64,000 nt of DNA from Zygnema circumcarinatum SAG 698-1b (Eukaryota > Plantae > Zygnematophyceae), in NCBI GenBank assembly GCA_037447605.1, contig CM074817.1, forward strand, positions 1,736,001 through 1,800,000, written 5' to 3'. The stretch's first letter is position 1, and every line of letters starts with the position of its first letter. The notes beneath the pieces were generated by a model. It was not told the origin of the DNA, did no database searches, and saw nothing but the letters and a program-made list of their open reading frames with translations. Shown one piece after another: positions 61,601 to 64,000 of the stretch. A program made the translations under genes and the position numbers.

Positions 61601-63980
61601 CCTGCCAACAGACTCTGCTCAGCACTGGATGCTTTCCGCAGAGCTGCTGCACCCTCACTGCGAAGGGCTCCATGGAGTGCTCTCTCCAATTCAGCTTCTG
61701 TTTCTCCCTTGATCACCTGCCAGAGGCTGCCACCTGGCACCTCATAGAAGTTTCACCAAAGGGGGGGTAGTAAGACAGCAGTCGAGCGCATTCCACAGCT
61801 AAAAATAGCAGCTTGGATTTCTTTTTTCTTTCCTTTACAGTGGCTATCAAATCAGTAAACTCACCGCAAGCTTTCCTATCGGAGTAGCTATCCTCTTTAT
61901 CGTTTCCCACATCCTCCGGCTCCCGTGAAGTGTGGCTTGTTGTAGTTTTCGATAGGAGATTTGCGAAGGTGCGCTCTGCAACAGCAGCGAGAACTTCCAA
62001 CGCACGACGAGATGGTGCAGCGCATGGGTCTCCAGGCTTCGCCATTACTACTTCGTCATATGAACTGACCACCACCTGCAGCATGTGAGTAGGGCGTCTG
62101 GTCCAAATCAGAGCTGGCCCTCACTAACACAAGGGCCCTACAGAAAGGCATATAAGACCCTCCAACTTTTCTTCTATGGAAGGGCACCTGTTGGAATGCC
62201 AGGCGGAGGGAAGCACGCCAAAGGCCCTGCGTGCGGAGAAGCTCCATCAGACCGCCTATGACCACACTGTCACACTGCGCAGGGGCAGAGCTTCCGAGCA
62301 CTCGATGTAGCCACAACGCCATCTCCGCATGCGTGCGATCTCTGGCAAAAGTGACAATTTGAGACTTCTACGGTTTCAGGACATATTGCAAGGTGAAAAC
62401 AGGGTTCTCGATTCCGCATCGACAGCCAGTGAACTGCACACACGTCCTCGGAAAGAAGAAGACTCACCGGCCAAACATGTTCCAGAACTCAAAATCCCCG
62501 TTGTGAGTGACAAACACGCCAACTTGCTCCTTGCTGCTGTAAGGACATCCATTAAGCTGGTTGACACGCCACATGTATTCTCTGCGAGTTGGGGTCCATT
62601 GATGCGGGTGGGTTTCCAGTGGAGAGGGGATGCTGGAGGTGGCAAACCTTGTGTGTCCAGCAAAAAGCTTCATGCTACTGCCGTCTCTACCTGTCCCTCT
62701 GGGTCTCCGTTGGAAACACCAGGTAAAAATAGAGCGAAGATAGGCCCAGATTTGGACAAGGGAGCAGCTCCACTGAAATCGTCCAATTAACTGTCATCGC
62801 AGAGCAGCAAGAAGCAGGGTGTCAAAATTCATTTATAAGATAAGGATGTCTTACGATTCCTTATGAACTTAGGCTAGACTGAAATGGACTTCATGTTTGA
62901 TTATGGACCATGCATATGATGAGCCCTGCTGAAAAAAACACAACTGCAACATGGGAAAGTCTGGAGTCTAATGGCTCTGTAATGAAGTTAGAACCTCAAC
63001 TTAATAAGGGGAGTGGTCGTCCACGAACTTCTCCTATCCATGCTGATTTACGTGAGAGAAACTAAAGAGTGTTTGAAATGGCAAATAGGATATCGCCAGA
63101 CTCCTTAGATGAATTTTGGAGTGAGAGCTGTTTGTAAAACGGAGAAAAATCTAAATGTAAGCAAACGAGCAGAGAGAAGCCTGACACTCTGTGCGGTGAA
63201 AGCTCGCCCTGGAAGAGTTACTGGGCAAGAAACAGGCTTTCTACGCAAAACAAAAAATCAAGCGCGTGCGCAAAAGTGAGTATCATACACGAGGCGCGCA
63301 GTATTGTTGAGTACCTTGTGGGAGAGGGATTCACGCTTGGAGGGGCACACGCGCACGCGTACGGGAGTCATCTCTCCTCCAGACGTCTCAAGGAAGGTGA
63401 CTAGGCCTCCAGACTGCCCCCCACGTTCAGTCGACACGGCCGCCATGGCCTCCAGCACCGCCATTACATCAACTGCCTTCTCCCTGCCAGTAAGCCCAAA
63501 AAGAAACGTGACAGATCAACTTCTGCTCACTAATTGACTTCTCCAGGATACCTCCATTCATGGCGCAGGAGAAAGGTCTTTAATCTCTGAGTCACGTATT
63601 TCCCGACCGTAAAAACTAGAAGAAAGGAGCTATTCCTATTTGAGGTGTTCCCCATGCCAAGCAAGAAAAGTAGGCACGTCTGCACCTACGACCCAGAACC
63701 AATGTCGAAAGTCGTTTTACCTGAGACTGCTTACAGTCCCAGCAAGCAAGAGGCCGAAATTTCCGCAGAAGAATGCAGAATCTCCTACAGTTACCGGCAA
63801 ACTTGCTCGAACCAAATCTGTTGCACTTGCTCCCACCAAGCAGCACAAGCAACCGAGCACAGCTTCTGCTCCGCAGTCCCTCCATGGAAACACAGGGCCG
63901 TGACTAACTTCCCCTCTGTTCAAGGAAAGCATCCATTGGCCTCCACAGAAAATAATAAGACTTGCCAACCAGCCAGTCAA
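55666..63980 (-). CDS. Large GlmS/GFAT-like protein: type-2 glutamine amidotransferase + SIS domains + hydrophobic segments (5' end unresolved)
   Basis: CGNFGLLL...ERGGQSGG, FAGHTRFATSS...THPH, FVTHNGDF, QCDS, GSFGLAVSCTLD; SIS LALSQSGQTFPTL; hydrophobic AWGMACAYIFITVVLGVPIF and AVYCFLPLLCALLLRVL; HGANPIDHFVHRF; FWPLRFDTGRSQSCLRIATTAAPVS. Confidence 0.7.
59478..59603. repeat. 22-bp intronic minisatellite, about 6 units (TGTCAGTTTGCCTGTTCAATAG)
   Basis: Read directly; lies in the intron between GWRS and AEAATV of the GFAT-like gene. Confidence 0.9.
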
Positions 63981-64000
63981 ATGAATGGCTCTTGCAACAT

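Overview
This is eukaryotic, intron-rich genomic DNA with many (GA)n/(GGAG)n tracts inside introns. The gene content suggests a streptophyte alga or early-diverging plant; that placement is inference only. I can trace 10 spliced genes: a DUF662/GORAB-like coiled-coil protein (-), CDC20 (+), vacuolar processing enzyme/legumain (+), a GT92 GALS-like glycosyltransferase (-), a multidomain GT29 sialyltransferase-like protein (-), sarcosine oxidase (-), a POWERDRESS-like SANT protein (+), a SAM-methyltransferase/riboflavin-kinase fusion (-), a FAX2/TMEM14-like protein (+), and a large GlmS/GFAT-like membrane protein (-, 5' end unresolved at the window edge). From about 15.9 to 25.1 kb there is no recognisable gene. 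That stretch holds a direct duplication of about 3 kb and nested non-autonomous DNA transposons: a Tc1/mariner-type MITE with a TA TSD, and a CACAG-terminated element with an 8-bp TSD and an internal 42-bp palindromic array. Both insertions have an empty site in a paralogous copy inside the window. The best leads are: (1) the splice-phase-consistent, probably plastid-targeted methyltransferase-riboflavin kinase fusion; (2) the TM-FAS1-EGF-GT29-SAP-like architecture; (3) the GFAT-like protein with an internal catalytic-position Cys and hydrophobic segments; (4) the P/Novosib/hAT-like element. All protein identities come from recognising motifs by eye; no database search was run.
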